This document shows, in pieces, positions 1 through 14,509 of a DNA stretch of 64,000 nucleotides. The notes under the pieces were generated by a model. The model saw only the letters and a list, made by a program, of their open reading frames with translations. It was not told where the DNA came from and did not search any database. How positions within the stretch are numbered: the first letter of the stretch is position 1; every line of letters begins with the position of its first letter. The stretch spans positions 59,894,001 to 59,958,000 of the forward strand of contig NC_045696.1 of NCBI RefSeq assembly GCF_009834535.1, given 5' to 3'. Made by a program: the position numbers and the translations under genes. The DNA comes from Camelus ferus. Taxonomy: Eukaryota.

Positions 1-160
1 GAATAGGTTTATTCTTCTGCTTTTATATTTAAATTTGTAAACTGGGATTTGCAGAGAGGGTAATTTAACCAAAAGCTTTTATATCTTTCTGATCAGGTTT
101 GAGGCTGTACCCTGCTGGGTTATTATTGTATTTATGTTAAGTTATTTATATATCAATTAA

Positions 161-415
<255 letters not shown>

Positions 416-799
416 TAGACTTGAATATTCTTCACAGGTCCTTTAAGTTATTATGGCTTGTGGAATTTGTTAACTGTTATAAATTACACCTTCCTTTCCT
501 TTAGAGTCTGGGGTGAAATTGCTTCGTATTAATTAAGTAATGAAAAAAGTGCTTTTTTGTGCACCAAATTTATGAAACCCAGCATTTTCACCAGCACTTC
601 CCTGATCAGCAGAATGTTCTAAGAGCACTTGCTTTCCTAGTGTATTTATATTTAAACTGCATGAATAGAAATGCATGAAGAAAAATCATTTTCTTAAAGC
701 AGTATAAATGTCACATGAAATTACAAATGGAGATTTTTTTTTTCATGGGTCTGTGGCAAAAGGTTACCAGATAGTTGTTTTAAACATGTAGGCTGCTTT

Positions 800-1320
800 A
801 AAACTAAAATACTCCAACCTAAAAATACTGGAAATGATTTCCTATTTGATGATGTTAGGGAATTACTGGGGTTTTATGTGTTGTTTTATGTTGGTGTGAT
901 ACTATTTTGTTACTTTTTTTTTTTGAAAAGAGTTCTTTTTACAGTTGTATTCTAAAATTTTTTATGATGAAATCATATGTCTGGAATTTGCTTCTAAAAA
1001 TAACAGGGGCAGGGAGGAGGGTATAGCTCAGTGGTAGAGTGCGTACTTAGCATGCGTAAGGTCCTGGGTTCAATCCCTGGTGTGGTACATCCACTAAAAG
1101 TAATAATTAAATAATCCTAGTTACATTACCTCTGCCCCCAAAATAAAAATAAATGAATAAATAAAAATTACTGGAGGATGGTGGGAGTGGAGTTATAGCA
1201 GAAACAAGATTGCCCATGAGTTGTTAACTGGCAAGGTGTTGTATTTGTGGGGGTTTGTTATTCTGTTTTGTCCATTTTTGTTTGGTATTATCTATTATAA
1301 AAAATTAGAAAAATATTTTT
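800..1320 (+). mobile_element. Old LINE-1 3'-end fragment (L1MC/ME-like) interrupted by the SINE
   Basis: L1 3'UTR-like text (gatgaaatcatatgtctggaatttgcttctaaaa ... gaaacaagattgcccatgagttgttaac) on both sides of the SINE. Confidence 0.55.
1012..1168 (+). mobile_element. tRNA-Ala-derived SINE (Vic-1-like, camelid type)
   Basis: A box TAGCTCAGTGG 1024-1034; B box GGTTCAATCC 1067-1076; cttAGCatg anticodon-like loop; A-rich tail; degenerate flanking repeat aaaaataacagg / aaaaattactgg. Confidence 0.85.
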
Positions 1321-2230
1321 GCTGCTTAGTGGCACAGTGTTTATATGAATCCCTGCCATAAGGAAACTTATTTCTATTTCTGTATTGTATGTCTTCAAAA
1401 ATGTTAAGATCTTAGAATAAGATCATTAATTGTTAAATATACCTATAAATACAGTTCTAAGTTCTGGTCTAAGCTGATTCAGTTAAACTTGCCAGTTCTT
1501 CCAGGGAAGGAAAGGATTTAAAGGGAAAGGGATGGGACAGGGCAAAGGTGGTACCTGTGAAAAGGCTCCAAGAGTGGGCAAAATGCCCACTAATTCTATT
1601 TCTGTTTAAAAAAGCAAATTTGGCAGTAGAAGATATAAAACTGAGTCTCTGAAAACAGGAGTCCACATCCTGAGTTATTTAGTTTGTAGATCATCTGAAA
1701 ATGGTCTGTAGTAGGGGGTTGGAGTGGGAAAGTGTATCTAGTCACACTACATTATATAATTCATAAAGTTACAGTGACTGATCTGAGTGGTTTTTAAACA
1801 TTTTCACTCCTGAATTTATGTTCTCACAAGGCCAGTCGTTTGATCTTGAATAATGAAATTGCTTGTTAATGGAAAGAAGCATGCTTTCATTGGTGATAGT
1901 GGGCTATGCTTTATTTCATAACTTGCGTTGATCTAGGTGGTCTTCCCTTAAGAAACCCCATATTTGATATTTTGATCATAAACACATTAAGTGGTATTTA
2001 TTTACACTGTTAAATAATTTGCTAGTTTTACTTTAAATTTGCTGTATTGTAGCTTTGACAGTTTTGAAATGGAGACACTGAACAAGACAGTAATCATAGC
2101 ACAACGAAGATTTATCAGAAATCAAAGTAGAGTATCAGAAAATATGATTAGATCATCCACCTCTTCATTAATACATGCCAAACTTATACTGCAAGATACA
2201 TCTTGAATTGGCTGAAAGATATAATTTTAA

Positions 2231-3019
<789 letters not shown>

Positions 3020-4280
3020 TGATAGCCCAGCCATAGAGCAGCCTGTCAAGCATGGTTGGATCTGGGAGCTCAAGTGATGTCTTTTGGTCTTGCTTTCTCG
3101 CCAAGTCTCAGCTCTGCCTTCTTCTCTCTTGACTTCTTTCTCAGGTAGGCATTCTCCTCAAGCCTTCTCCAATCCACTCACTCTGCTCTGTGGTATAGAA
3201 TACCTTTATTAGCTCACCTGGGCAACAAGCCTCACCCCGGATAATGTGAGGCTATTAAGTTTATGTAAGCTTCTTGAACCAAGATTTAGTCAAGGGTAGT
3301 TCCCTTAAAGAAAATGGGTATGCTGATGCCAGGAGAAAGGGACATGGGTTCTAGGAAGGAAGAAATGACAGATGTTGGCCCTGGCAGAACACAATGAGTT
3401 CTGAATATTTGAAGAATGAGAATTGTAGATACAGGAAGCAATTAAAAAGTAGTATAAAGTTGTAAGATTATTTTTAGCAGAAAGAGATCTGTTGATATAC
3501 ATCCTTTTTTAAAAATGTTATGTTAAATAGGAACTCCAGGTAGAGCATATGTTAGTTGAAAAAACTGCTTAATTAATTCTTTACCTAATCTTTTATGCAA
3601 ATTTCTGTATTATTGTTTGTGTCCTGTGCTTTTTCACTTAACCTTACATCAGACATTTTATGTAATTTAACTGTTACAAGCGTCTTTTCAGATGACAGTT
3701 TTTCTTTAATGTGTATGTATTCTTAAACTATTTCTTTAGGGTAGATTTTTCTGTAATTGACTTTCTTCATGTGCTTATGATATTGACTGTTGAGTGAGTT
3801 ATACAGAATTTCTATAGGTATGCATATAGATTTTTTCAAACATCTAAGGTTATTGTTGTCTGCTTTTAAAATGAGTGCAATTGCCTGTTGAAACGTGAAG
3901 AACTAAAGAGACCTGAGGAACAAGTAGAAGATGTGAGATGGTAAAGTTGCTGAGAGATTCCTACAGAAAGAAAGTTTGTCATCTTCAGAGGAATTTCAGA
4001 ATGTTGATATCTTTGACCTCAGCAAACCCCTGTCTTCAGTGGCATACCTTTCCAGTTTCATAGATTTTATTGGTGGTCACAAATGTCAGCCTGCAAGGAA
4101 AAACAGTCCTAATCAGTTTTCTTCTCCTTATGATCTCTCAGCTAGCTAACCAGGTAGATAGATAAATTTTCACACATAGGTCCACTGAGAATCACTAAAA
4201 TTCTTGGACTGTTGCACTCTTTCATTAGCATGTTACTAGGAGATTATTTCCATATTGTAGTTGGTTAATTAGTTGGATAA

Positions 4281-4559
<279 letters not shown>

Positions 4560-6064
4560 TGATGCTACATGTTACAGGGGAGGAAAGTATCTTAATTTGG
4601 GGTCTGTGGAATCGCTACCAAAAATAAAAAAATCAGTTGCTATTAGTGTATTAGTTTATTAATACTAGTTGCCTAGAGTGCCCTGTTAATAGCATTATAT
4701 ATCTTGTAGTGGACACTGAAAAGATTTGAATTGTACTCTAAGAGAGAGACATTGAAACACAAATATTGGGTCAAATATCTGTCAATACTTATCTGGCCTT
4801 TAGGATAGGTGAGTTTTGTCCGTCTCACCATAAGCGGAAATTGAAGCTCTTATTCCCGGATATGCGCTTTCTTAGACTCTCTGGAATCCCATAGAGACGC
4901 ACAGTCTCCTAACAGCAGTCCACGTGAAGTGGCTTAAAGTCTTTGGTATTGATTGGCATTGTATGGGAGAGTTCTTAACTAGAGTCCAGACACATTGTTT
5001 CCTCCAGTAATTCCCCATTATTAAAAGTTCTTATAACACCATACATGTTAGTACTCAGCTCCCACCCCTGCACACCAGAACAAATGAGAGATGGATAATC
5101 ACCTAGTTCAAAAGCTCCTTTTCACATTCTTCTCAGGTTGAGTTTCATTGTTGGATAGTCACCTAGAAAGATGAATGGATTACTTTTACAGATATTTTAA
5201 AGACTATTAATTTTGAAAGTAATAGGACTTTTTATTTTAATTGAATTTTACATTTTACATGGGAATTTACTTTTTCATATTATTTCAAAGGCTGTCTGTG
5301 GAACTGTGAAGAACTTAACATGTCCTAGGGCCAGGTTTTAACCCCCTCCTGAATTGACCGTGTCTGTGGTTCCCCAGCTCTCACAGCAGAAGGTCCATGA
5401 GTCAGTGCTGGTATTTGGCATTCTGGATCTGGCTCAAGGACAATATATCGCTTGTTGGTAGGTGGTAGTACTTAGTGGCAAGAGTGGAACAGCATGAGCC
5501 TCAGAGAAGAGTAATTTAGAAAATCAGACAATCTAGGGAAACTTGTATCGTAATGGTAGAGAAATAAATTGTGGACACAAGTTACTGACAAATGTTAAAG
5601 AAGAGAGAAAGGAGTAGAGGTCAGATCTCTTTAGCTTGCTGGTAACAACAGAGCTGTTTTTTATATGGTGGCTGTCCTTAGATATATGTGTAGATAGATG
5701 AGCAGTAAGTCTTCAGTGTGGTTTTATACCATTATAAATGTATTCTAGAGTATTACTCATATCCTTTTTGGAAATGGTCGGTCCCCAAGCATTTTTACAA
5801 AAAAGTAACTGCAACATTTAGAATTAAGATGTACATAGTAAAGGATTTTTAATTTTTTTAGTGTGTAATTATGAGGGAAAGGAACAGGAGGAGTTACTTT
5901 AGGGCTTTAATGGACCAAGTACGTAAATTCATATCTAAGGTTACCTGTCTTAAATATAATAAGTTTAATATGAAATGAGAAAGGGCATCTATAAAATAGT
6001 AAATTCTCTTACATTCTGTGTGATTAACTGCTTTTTTATTATCTGTTTATGATGTTCCCTTTAG

Positions 6065-6196
<132 letters not shown>

Positions 6197-6519
6197 TAAG
6201 GGAGTGCGGGAGGAAGAAGGAAGGCAGGCAGGCAGGCTTTATTGCCTGCGTTTCTGCAAATCACACGTCCCATTGCCTGGCACTGTATGTATTACCGGCA
6301 CTTGCCACTTGGAGGAGCTCTTTGAGATTCCTCTCAAGTATGTTTCTCTAGATTGCTTTATTGGCTACATTTGCCATGTTGTCACTACATTTCCTGCTTC
6401 TACACTTTTACATAGTTTCTCTATATCTTTGAGTCTGCTGCTTTTATGTTATATTCACTAGTTTGTTACATTTTTAGAGTCCATGTACAAGCAATGTCAT
6501 ATTTTCTGTATAGTTTCAC

Positions 6520-9375
6520 TTGGCATAATGCCCTCCAAATCTGTAATGCCCCAGTTTTTGTGGCTGCTGCCCCAGGGGAATCCCCTTGATCACCAGGCCA
6601 CCAGGTGGCCATCGGGAGGCTTGCCTTTGCCGGTCCCATGGGACTGTAACAATGAGACACAATTCTTGGCAGGTTACCACTCCTACTCTTTCTGTCAGAG
6701 GGGCCCATTTGCTTGTCCTGGAGCTTTGGCCTGAGGCTTCAGTTTTGGCACACACCAGGGTTTACAGAGCTGTTCTCTGGGAACGTCAGGTGATTGATAG
6801 ACACCGTCTTTATGCTCTTTGTCTCACTAGAACTTGCTGTTTTATCTCCTAGAAAAAAAGCTTCTTATGCATTCATCTGTAACACTGAATTTTTTGACTG
6901 CCACTCAGGGGACACCTTCAGGTAGGGCACTCGTGGCCAGTAAGGCTTACACTTACAGTCCCACAGGCCTGTATGTGTTTGCATACTTCAAAAGCTGTTG
7001 CCTGAGTGTCTGAACTAATCAGGGTGAATCTAGGTGCTGACTGAGACCCTCTCCTTTGGGACACTGACGGGCCTTGGCATACCCTCAACTACTGGGAGCT
7101 CTTACTGGGAGCAAAGGCTGCATGGGCAGTCAAAAGTTTTGAGAAATGACCAGGAGCCAGGAAAAGGTTGAACACGGTTCAAGTCTTACATCTTTCCTTC
7201 AAGACCAGGAGAAATGCATAGAAACCAACACAGAGTCAAGCAAAATGAAGGAAAAAGGAACAAGGTGAAACTTCAGGAAAAACCTATAGTGAAATGGAGA
7301 TAAGTAATTTACCCAATAGAGTTCAAAGTAATGGTCTTAAAGATGCTCCCTTAACTCAACTTCAACAGAGACAGAAAATATACGTACTAAGTAGAAGTCA
7401 ACGATGAGGAATACAATAACTGAAAAATACACTAGAGGGGGTATCAGAGCAGCAAAAAAGAGAATGAAAAAAGTGAAGATCTTAAGGTACACATCAAACA
7501 GGAATGACATTCTCACTATAGGAGTCGCAAAAGGAGAAGAGAGAGAGAAAGGGGCAGAAAACTTATTTCCTGAAATAATGGCTGAAAACTTCCCTACCCT
7601 GGGGGGAAGGAAGTGGACACCCACATGCAGGAAGCCCAGAATGTTACATATGAGATGAACCCAAAGAGCCCTATATCAAGGCACATTATAAATGTCAAAA
7701 GTTAAAGATAATGTTAAAAGCAGCAAGAGAAAAACAGCTTGTTACATAAAAGGGAACCCCCACGAGACTATCAGCAGGTATTTCAGCAAAAACTTGGCAG
7801 GCCGGGAGGTAGCGGCATGATAGAGCCAAAGTGTTGAAAGGAGAAAGTCTGGAACAAAGAACTTTGCCCAGCATCAGAATTAAAGGAGAGAATTAGTTTT
7901 CCAGATCAGCAAAAGCTAAAGAAGTCCATCATCACTAAAGTGGCTTCGCAAGAAATGTTAAAGGGACTTTAAGCTGAAAAGAAAGGGTGCTATTTAGCAA
8001 CAAGAAAACAAAAGAAAGAATAAATCTCACTGGAAAGCTAAATATATGGTAAAGGTAGCAAATCAACCACTTAAAAGGTTAAAAGATAAAAGTAGTAAAA
8101 ATATAACTACAATAATTAGCTAAGGGATATACAAGATTAAAAGATGTAAAATATGACATCAGAAACCTGAAGCCTTTTGGAGGGAGTAAAAATGTAGAGC
8201 TTTAGAAAGTAATCAAACTTCAGTTGTTGTCACTTTAAAACAGACTGTTACGGATACAAGTAAGCCACATGGTAACCACACAGCAAAATCCTGTAGTAGA
8301 TACACAGAATATAAAGGAACCTAAGCATGCCACTAAAGACAGTCATCAAAACACAGTGGAAGGGAACAAGAAGGAACAGAGAGACTCAGCAGATGCAGAA
8401 AAAGCATTTGGCAAAACTCAACCTCCCTTTATGATAAAGACTGTCAACAAAGTAGTTATAGAGGGAACTTACCTCAATGTAATAAAGGCCATATATGACA
8501 GGACCATAGCTTGCATCATCCCGAAAAGGCCAAAAGCTTTTCCTCTAAGATCAGAAACAAAAGAAGGATGCCCACTATCAGAAAGATAAGAAATAGCAAG
8601 TGTGGGTGAGGTTATGGAGAAAAGGGAAGCCTTGTGCTTTGCTGGTGAGAATGTAAATTGGTGCAGTCAGTGTGGAAATGGTATGGAGGTTCCTCAAAAA
8701 ATTAAAGCTAACATGATCCAGCAATTCTACTTCTGGATATTTATCCAAAGAAAAAGAAAACACCAACTTGAAAACACCCCCACGTTCACTGCAGCATTAT
8801 TTACAATAGCCAAGATATGGAAACAACCTAAGTGTTCATTGATGGATGAATGAATAGAGGTGTTATGTATATATACAGTGGAATATTATTCAGACATTAA
8901 GAAAATGATACCCTGCCATTTGCAGCAATGGCTGCCCATGAGGCTGTTATGCTAAGTGAAATAAGTCAGACAGAGGAAGACAAATACTATATAATCTCAT
9001 TTATCTGTGCACATCTAAAAATAAAAAAGTAAACTCATAGGTACAGAAAACAGATTGGTTGTTGCCAAGTCATAGGATAGGACTGGCTGGAATAGGTAAG
9101 GGAGTCAAAGGGCACGAACTTCCAGTTGTAAATAAAGTAGGTCATGGGGACATAGCGTACCGCACGCTGGCTTTGTTAATACTGCTGTATTGCGTATTTG
9201 AAAGATGCTAAGAGTAAATTTTAAAAGTTCACATCATAGAAAAAAATAATTTCCTGTGATTAAGCCAGGTAACGTATGCTAACTAGACTTACTGTGGTAA
9301 TCAGTTCACACTGTCTACCAGTATTGAATCACAATCTTGTATACCTGAAACATACCGATTATACATCAAAATTTT
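6520..9375 (+). mobile_element. Internally deleted LINE-1 (L1M-type) in UMPS intron 5
   Basis: Probable 5'UTR about 6520-7200; ORF1 remnant (GEEREKGAENLFPEIMAENFP); ORF2 RT remnant ([17 protein letters not shown]...[16 protein letters not shown]); ORF2 C-terminal remnant (FTAALFTIAKIWKQPKC); 3'UTR; many stops and frameshifts. Confidence 0.88.
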
Positions 9376-9864
9376 TTTTTAAAAGAACAGAAGAGCGGAA
9401 ATTAAGGATTAGGATTTGTACATAACCTAAGCACCTGATAGGGTTGTGGCAGAAAGATTCACATGTGTCGTCATGGTCAGGTTAGCTGCCTTGTGAAGAC
9501 TTTTCCAACAGCATGTCACAGTGATTACGATGTATACTGAAATTGTCTTCAATTATGAGACAAACTTTTATTGCATTTCATTTGGTGGTGAACCTTTTTT
9601 GGCAACAGATTTGTTTTTTGATACTGTTGAACTATACATGCTCTAAAATTAGACACTGAAAAGCTGTTGATTAGCATGTCTCCACGGTGGACATCTATGG
9701 CCAATCCAAGGAGTCTTCTGCTTTTATTCACTTGCTGTGTGTGCAGAAGGGGCATGGTGAGCAAGAGCATATTTCTCTTTAAAGCAGGTGAGATCCTTTT
9801 CAGAAAAGTCATGCGACAGGTTTTCTGATTCTCTGTATTTTGTTAAACATTTTTGTTTTTGTAG

Positions 9865-10034
9865 GTGATAATCTCGGCCAGCAGTACAGAAGCCCACGGG
9901 AAGTTATTGGCAAACAAGGTTCTGATATCATCATTGTGGGCCGGGGCATAATAACATCACCAAATCGTCTGGAAGCAGCTGAGATGTACAGAAAAGCTGC
10001 TTGGGAAGCTTATTTGAGTAGACTTGCTGTTTGA
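9865..10034 (+). CDS. UMPS: UMP synthase last coding exon 6
   Basis: tag|GTGATAAT acceptor; [30 protein letters not shown]...EAYLSRLAV then TGA at 10032-10034; frame continuous with exons 2-5. Confidence 0.97.
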
Positions 10035-10979
10035 GTGTCTCCGACATATTTTTGTGAAGGCCTTGAAGATACATTGTCTCCTGAGATGCTGCTGGCTTGA
10101 AATAATAAGCAACCTTTAATACTGCTTGGAGTCTTCCACTGGTCCTGTCGGAATGACTTCCGGAATTACCACGGGCTATGGGGATATAGTGACCTGTAAT
10201 CACTGCACTGTCGCTATGCTCAGTTCGTTTTCAGGCTGGCTTTTATTGAGACTGATGTTGGTGAGGCAATCCATATTTGAAGATCCACTCATCTCTGTAT
10301 CAGACTTTTTGATTCTTTTAATTTCTATGGGACAAAAATTTGAGGACATCAAGAGGCTAAAACCAGTACAGCATTTCTTGTGTCCTTTATTTGGTGTCTC
10401 TGATGCCCTAATAATGTTTAGATATTTCCTGTTCTCCTCCTCTTCTGCTTAAAAGTGATGGTCGAAGTGTCCAAAAGGTGCTGGGTCCCAGCACTGCCTT
10501 TGCTCACTCACCCAAGGGAGCTGGGGGAGGGGAGGGGAGGGGCAGGTGATGACGGTAGCTGAGCCCCTGAAGCCAGTGCCCGGCCTTCATTTCAACAGGC
10601 AGGGCTGTTGACTCATCTCTTCCCCGAGGCAGGTGTTGTCGGCCCCAGTCATTGCTTTCTTTTGCCTTTTTTCTATTACCAGTGGACCAGCTGCCCCTTC
10701 ATTTATTTAGAAGGGAACAGTGGTAAGAGGTTCATTTGGAGATTTGCTTGAAGATCCTACATGATTCTCCCAGCCATCGTTGATAGGGATATCAGCCTCA
10801 CATTTAGAAGTAAAGAGAAAGCAGACCAGCGACAAGAGGTAGCAACCACTTTGGGCTGGGCGCATCTGCCTTCCCTCACAGGCCCCGCCTTCGTGCACAT
10901 GGCAGTTGGGCAGCCCTCATTCTGGGCCCCGGTGCAATTTCTCTTAGAAATTCCTGAGTTTCTGGATGATCCCTGTACA

Positions 10980-10985
10980 AATAAA
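10980..10985 (+). terminator. Candidate UMPS polyadenylation signal (AATAAA)
   Basis: First canonical AATAAA I found after the UMPS stop; followed by a T-rich stretch (tccccattttcatatttcttt). Confidence 0.5.
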
Positions 10986-11639
10986 GCTGTTCCCCATTTT
11001 CATATTTCTTTGATCTGCTGAGGAAGTATCTTAGAGGGAGGGGAGGGTGTGGGCTCAGAGGATCATTTTGAAATGGCCCCACTGCACATTCAAGGCCCTG
11101 AGGGTCTTGCGCAGGGCTAGGGTGGCAGTTGCATTTGAAGGAAGGCTCTCAGTTCAGACTCCACCAGCACACTCATAATCTGCCTTTCCTTCTCAGCTCC
11201 ATCACGCCTGCAGGCAGTGGCAGGTATCCGAGGATGACACTTGCCACTTCCTCATGACAGCTGTTCCCACCCTGCTTGCCCTACTCTTCAGCTTTCATGA
11301 CTCAGATAGAAACCTCTTACTTCAACTAGGTGCTTATCTTGGAGTCCACACTTACTAGCTTCTGCTCTAAAGTTCAGTTTGACCTTCGGGTCCCAGTGCT
11401 GCAACTCCAGAGCAGTTCCCTCTGGCAAAGACATATTATCAAGGAAAAGGCAGGAAGGCAATGGAAGAGCTGTGGGCTTGGGGCTACTCTGAAGGAGCTG
11501 AAAGAGGAAGAGGTGCAGATTTTTCTAACAAGAACCTACGAGGATCCCTTGGATACCTTCAAAGTATTGGTGACCTCAAGGCTGAGAGACCGTCGGAGTG
11601 GTGTGCTGAGGACTCAGGTGCCCACTTACCGACTTACTC

Positions 11640-12115
11640 ACTGGTTCTCACGCTTCAGCATGCGTCAGATCACCTGGAGTCTTGTTAAATCAGACGCTGG
11701 CCTGGCTCCAGCATTTCTGACTCTGGATAGTTCCAGGATCGGACATGAAAGTGCATTTCTCACAAGTACCCAGGCAGGGCTGAGGCTGGTGTGGGGACTG
11801 CACTGAGAGCCGCGGCCCTGGTTAGTCAGTTTTCTTCTGCAGTAACATAGTCTTTGGGGTCTCCCTGCATCTCCTACTGAGAAACCTACTCCAGTCATAC
11901 CCAGTTCTGTTACTGAAGCTCCCCAAGGGCCCCTTCTGGGTAACTTGAAGGGAAATCAGAGGAATGCCGAAGGGTCGCCTGGCCCCTGCCCTGTATTTAA
12001 AACGCAGATCCCTGGGCTCCATTATCAGAGATTGCTTCGGCAGATTTGAGGTGAGGCCTGGGAATCTGCATTTATAACAGGTGCCTCAGGTGATTTTGAT
12101 GCTTTTGGAGAATAA
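11640..12115. mobile_element. Two adjacent MER5-like hAT-Charlie DNA transposon remnants
   Basis: gtcagatcacctggagtcttgttaaatcaga...gtgcatttctcacaagtacccagg, and tttaaaacgcagatccctggg...gggaatctgcatttataacaggtgcctcaggtgatttt. Confidence 0.65.
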
Positions 12116-13049
12116 GCTCCGTGCAGTCTGGAGGCATAAAACTTTGTAGCACAAACTGGTTGAGACAAGACAAAGAACTTGGCTCTCTAGGGCCTGTGAG
12201 GGGCTGCTAAGCATAGAAGTATTGTAGAGGCATCAGATGTTTTTAGCCCTTCCTCAGTCAAGAAATATGTGTAGAGCATGAGCTCCAAACCCAGTAACAC
12301 ATGGTCCTGATGAAGAAAACGGGAACAGCCCTCACAGGGCACCCAGAATGTGTAAGGCTAAGAGAGGTGGAGAGTCCCACCAGGACTGGCCTCTTCCCGG
12401 ACTCCAGGCGTAAACCATTCGGTCCGTGACGCCCCAGGAACCCGAGAAACCTGGTCTGCTGTCCTCACTTAAGGGCTGCACGAGTGTAGACCCTGAAAGG
12501 CAAAGAGCCTTGCACACAACCAGCTTGTGGCCAGCAGAGGCCTGGGGTCTCTCAGACCCCGCTCAGCCTCCTGCTGTTGTGGACTGTCTCTGGTCTCTGG
12601 GAAAGGGCACTGGAGGGTGAAGGGCAGCCTGAGGACAACCTTCTCCCATGCACCCACCTTTCCTGAACAGAATAGCTGGCGAGGCCCAGAAGCACGGCCA
12701 CAGGCTCTGCCAGGATCTTTACAGGAGAGGACAGACAGGGCGTCGTCTGTCCTTTGAGGTAGGTGGGCACAGGAAACAGTGGGGCGGCTCAGGTCTAGGA
12801 CGCACGTGCATGTGTGTGCACGCACATCAGAGGACCAACTGGATGATCCTGGCTTCAGAGGAGCTGAGGTTCCTGACCGCCTGTCCTGGTTAGTGCAGTG
12901 CTGGCCCATGGATGCAGCCTGTGCGCCTCCTACCAGTTGCGGGTTTGCTGCTACATGAGGGTCAAAGTGTACAGAGCCGAGGGTAGGCCAGAGAAGCACC
13001 TGAGGAAATCCAGCCACCCGGGGAGAAAAGCAAAGAAAACCACCTGTAA

Positions 13050-13740
13050 CAGCTGTGAGCGCCAAGAGAGCAGGGATTTCCCATCAGTGCGGTATTCTCG
13101 GCACCTGGATCAGACCCAGCGAATGTTTCTGAATGAAAGCGAGCACAAGTGCCCTCTGCTGAAACTGAGCTCCACAGGACACAGACCACACTTCAAGGAC
13201 CAAAATAGCAAAGACAAGATGACACAATTTGTGGAAAGGGACTCAACTTAAAAATGTAGTTGTTAATTTGGAAATTTGATGGGAAATTTAAAGATGGTAT
13301 GATAATATTGAGAACTACATCTGTGGGCAGGAAGATCAAGTGGAAGAAATATAAAAATTCAAAACAAAAGGACAAAGATGGAACTGATGAGAGGCTTAGA
13401 GGACAGATCCATGAATGTGAGAAGACAATGGGAGCAGAGTAAATAATGATCGAAATGAACAATGAGGAAATTTTCCAGTTTGAAAAAATACTTGAGTCTG
13501 CAGATTAAAAGGGCTCACTAAATTCCAGGCAGGTGTTACGGACAAAGGCATATCCTGTAAAAATTAGGGCACTTCAAGGAAGAATTTTACAAGCATCTAG
13601 AGGAATAAACTACTTGGAAAAGGAATCCAACTAGTAGTGGACTGTCCCTGGAACACTGGAAGCTTGGAGACAGGTAGTGACATCCACAGACTCTGAGGAA
13701 GGACTGTCACAACCAGGAGTCCTGAGCCCAGCTGTGTGAT
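13050..13740 (+). mobile_element. Degenerate L1/HAL1 ORF1-region fragment
   Basis: A-rich block with ORF1-like text (gaggaaattttccagtttgaaaaaatacttgagtctgcagattaaaagggctcac...aacactggaagc). Confidence 0.55.
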
Positions 13741-14004
13741 CTGCTCTTGGGTTGTAGCGGCCTGGCTGTGAGTGTTCTTAGGCTCCCAGCAGCCCGATCA
13801 TGGGGCACTTCAGTGCTCGGACTGTATCCACACTAGTGAGGGAGGTGCCCTGAGCTTGTGCCTCTGAAAGGCTCGTCAGGGGAGGCTGGGAGTGTGCAGT
13901 AGAGTAGGCGTGTCTGCCCAATAGGAACGGGCCTGTCAGCAGCTGAAGTGGTGACTCTACCCTAGGATCTTCAGAAACTGATACTGGAAGCTCCTTAGAG
14001 ATCA

Positions 14005-14110
14005 TCTGATCTGATCACCCCATTTCACAGATGAAATGGAGGCCAGTTGGGAAATGGTTCGCCTAAGGTTACAGAAGAGCTAATGACAGGCAGAGTAAGG
14101 ACTAGAATCC
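14005..14110 (-). mobile_element. MIR fragment
   Basis: cccatttcacagatgaaatggaggcc...gcctaaggttacag...ggactagaatcc. Confidence 0.6.
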
Positions 14111-14509
14111 CTGTCCTTACCCTCCAGCTTGGTATTTCGTTGTTACTTTTTACCCTCTTGCTGTAAGGCAGATAGATTCAACTTTCCCCCTCTTATGTCC
14201 ACATGCAGCTACATACTATACGTATAATAGTCTTTCACCATGTAATCAAGTATTTCCTGAGCATGGAGTGACCCCGACATACACTGTTCGAGTCATTATG
14301 GAACTTAGTTTCTAAACTAAACTTTTATTAGGACCTCCATGCCACCCTAAGAGACAGCAGCCAGGCTTCCTATCAGTCACCGTTCAAGAGACACGTGCTT
14401 CTATTGCCACCAGGATTCAATACAAAGTGCCCAAACCATCCATGTCCCCATGCTTCCTTCCCCCTCCCGAGTCCATGCACTTCACTGTATGGCCCAGCAG
14501 CCCCTCCCA

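Noticed and set aside
1018..1080. tRNA-Ala(AGC) gene
   Set aside because: No proper acceptor stem; continues into a SINE body and A-rich tail; a diverged second copy exists at 39367-39500
7404..8853. ORFs 7404-7658, 8269-8589 and 8602-8853 as genes
   Set aside because: Frameshifted remnants of LINE-1 ORF1 and ORF2
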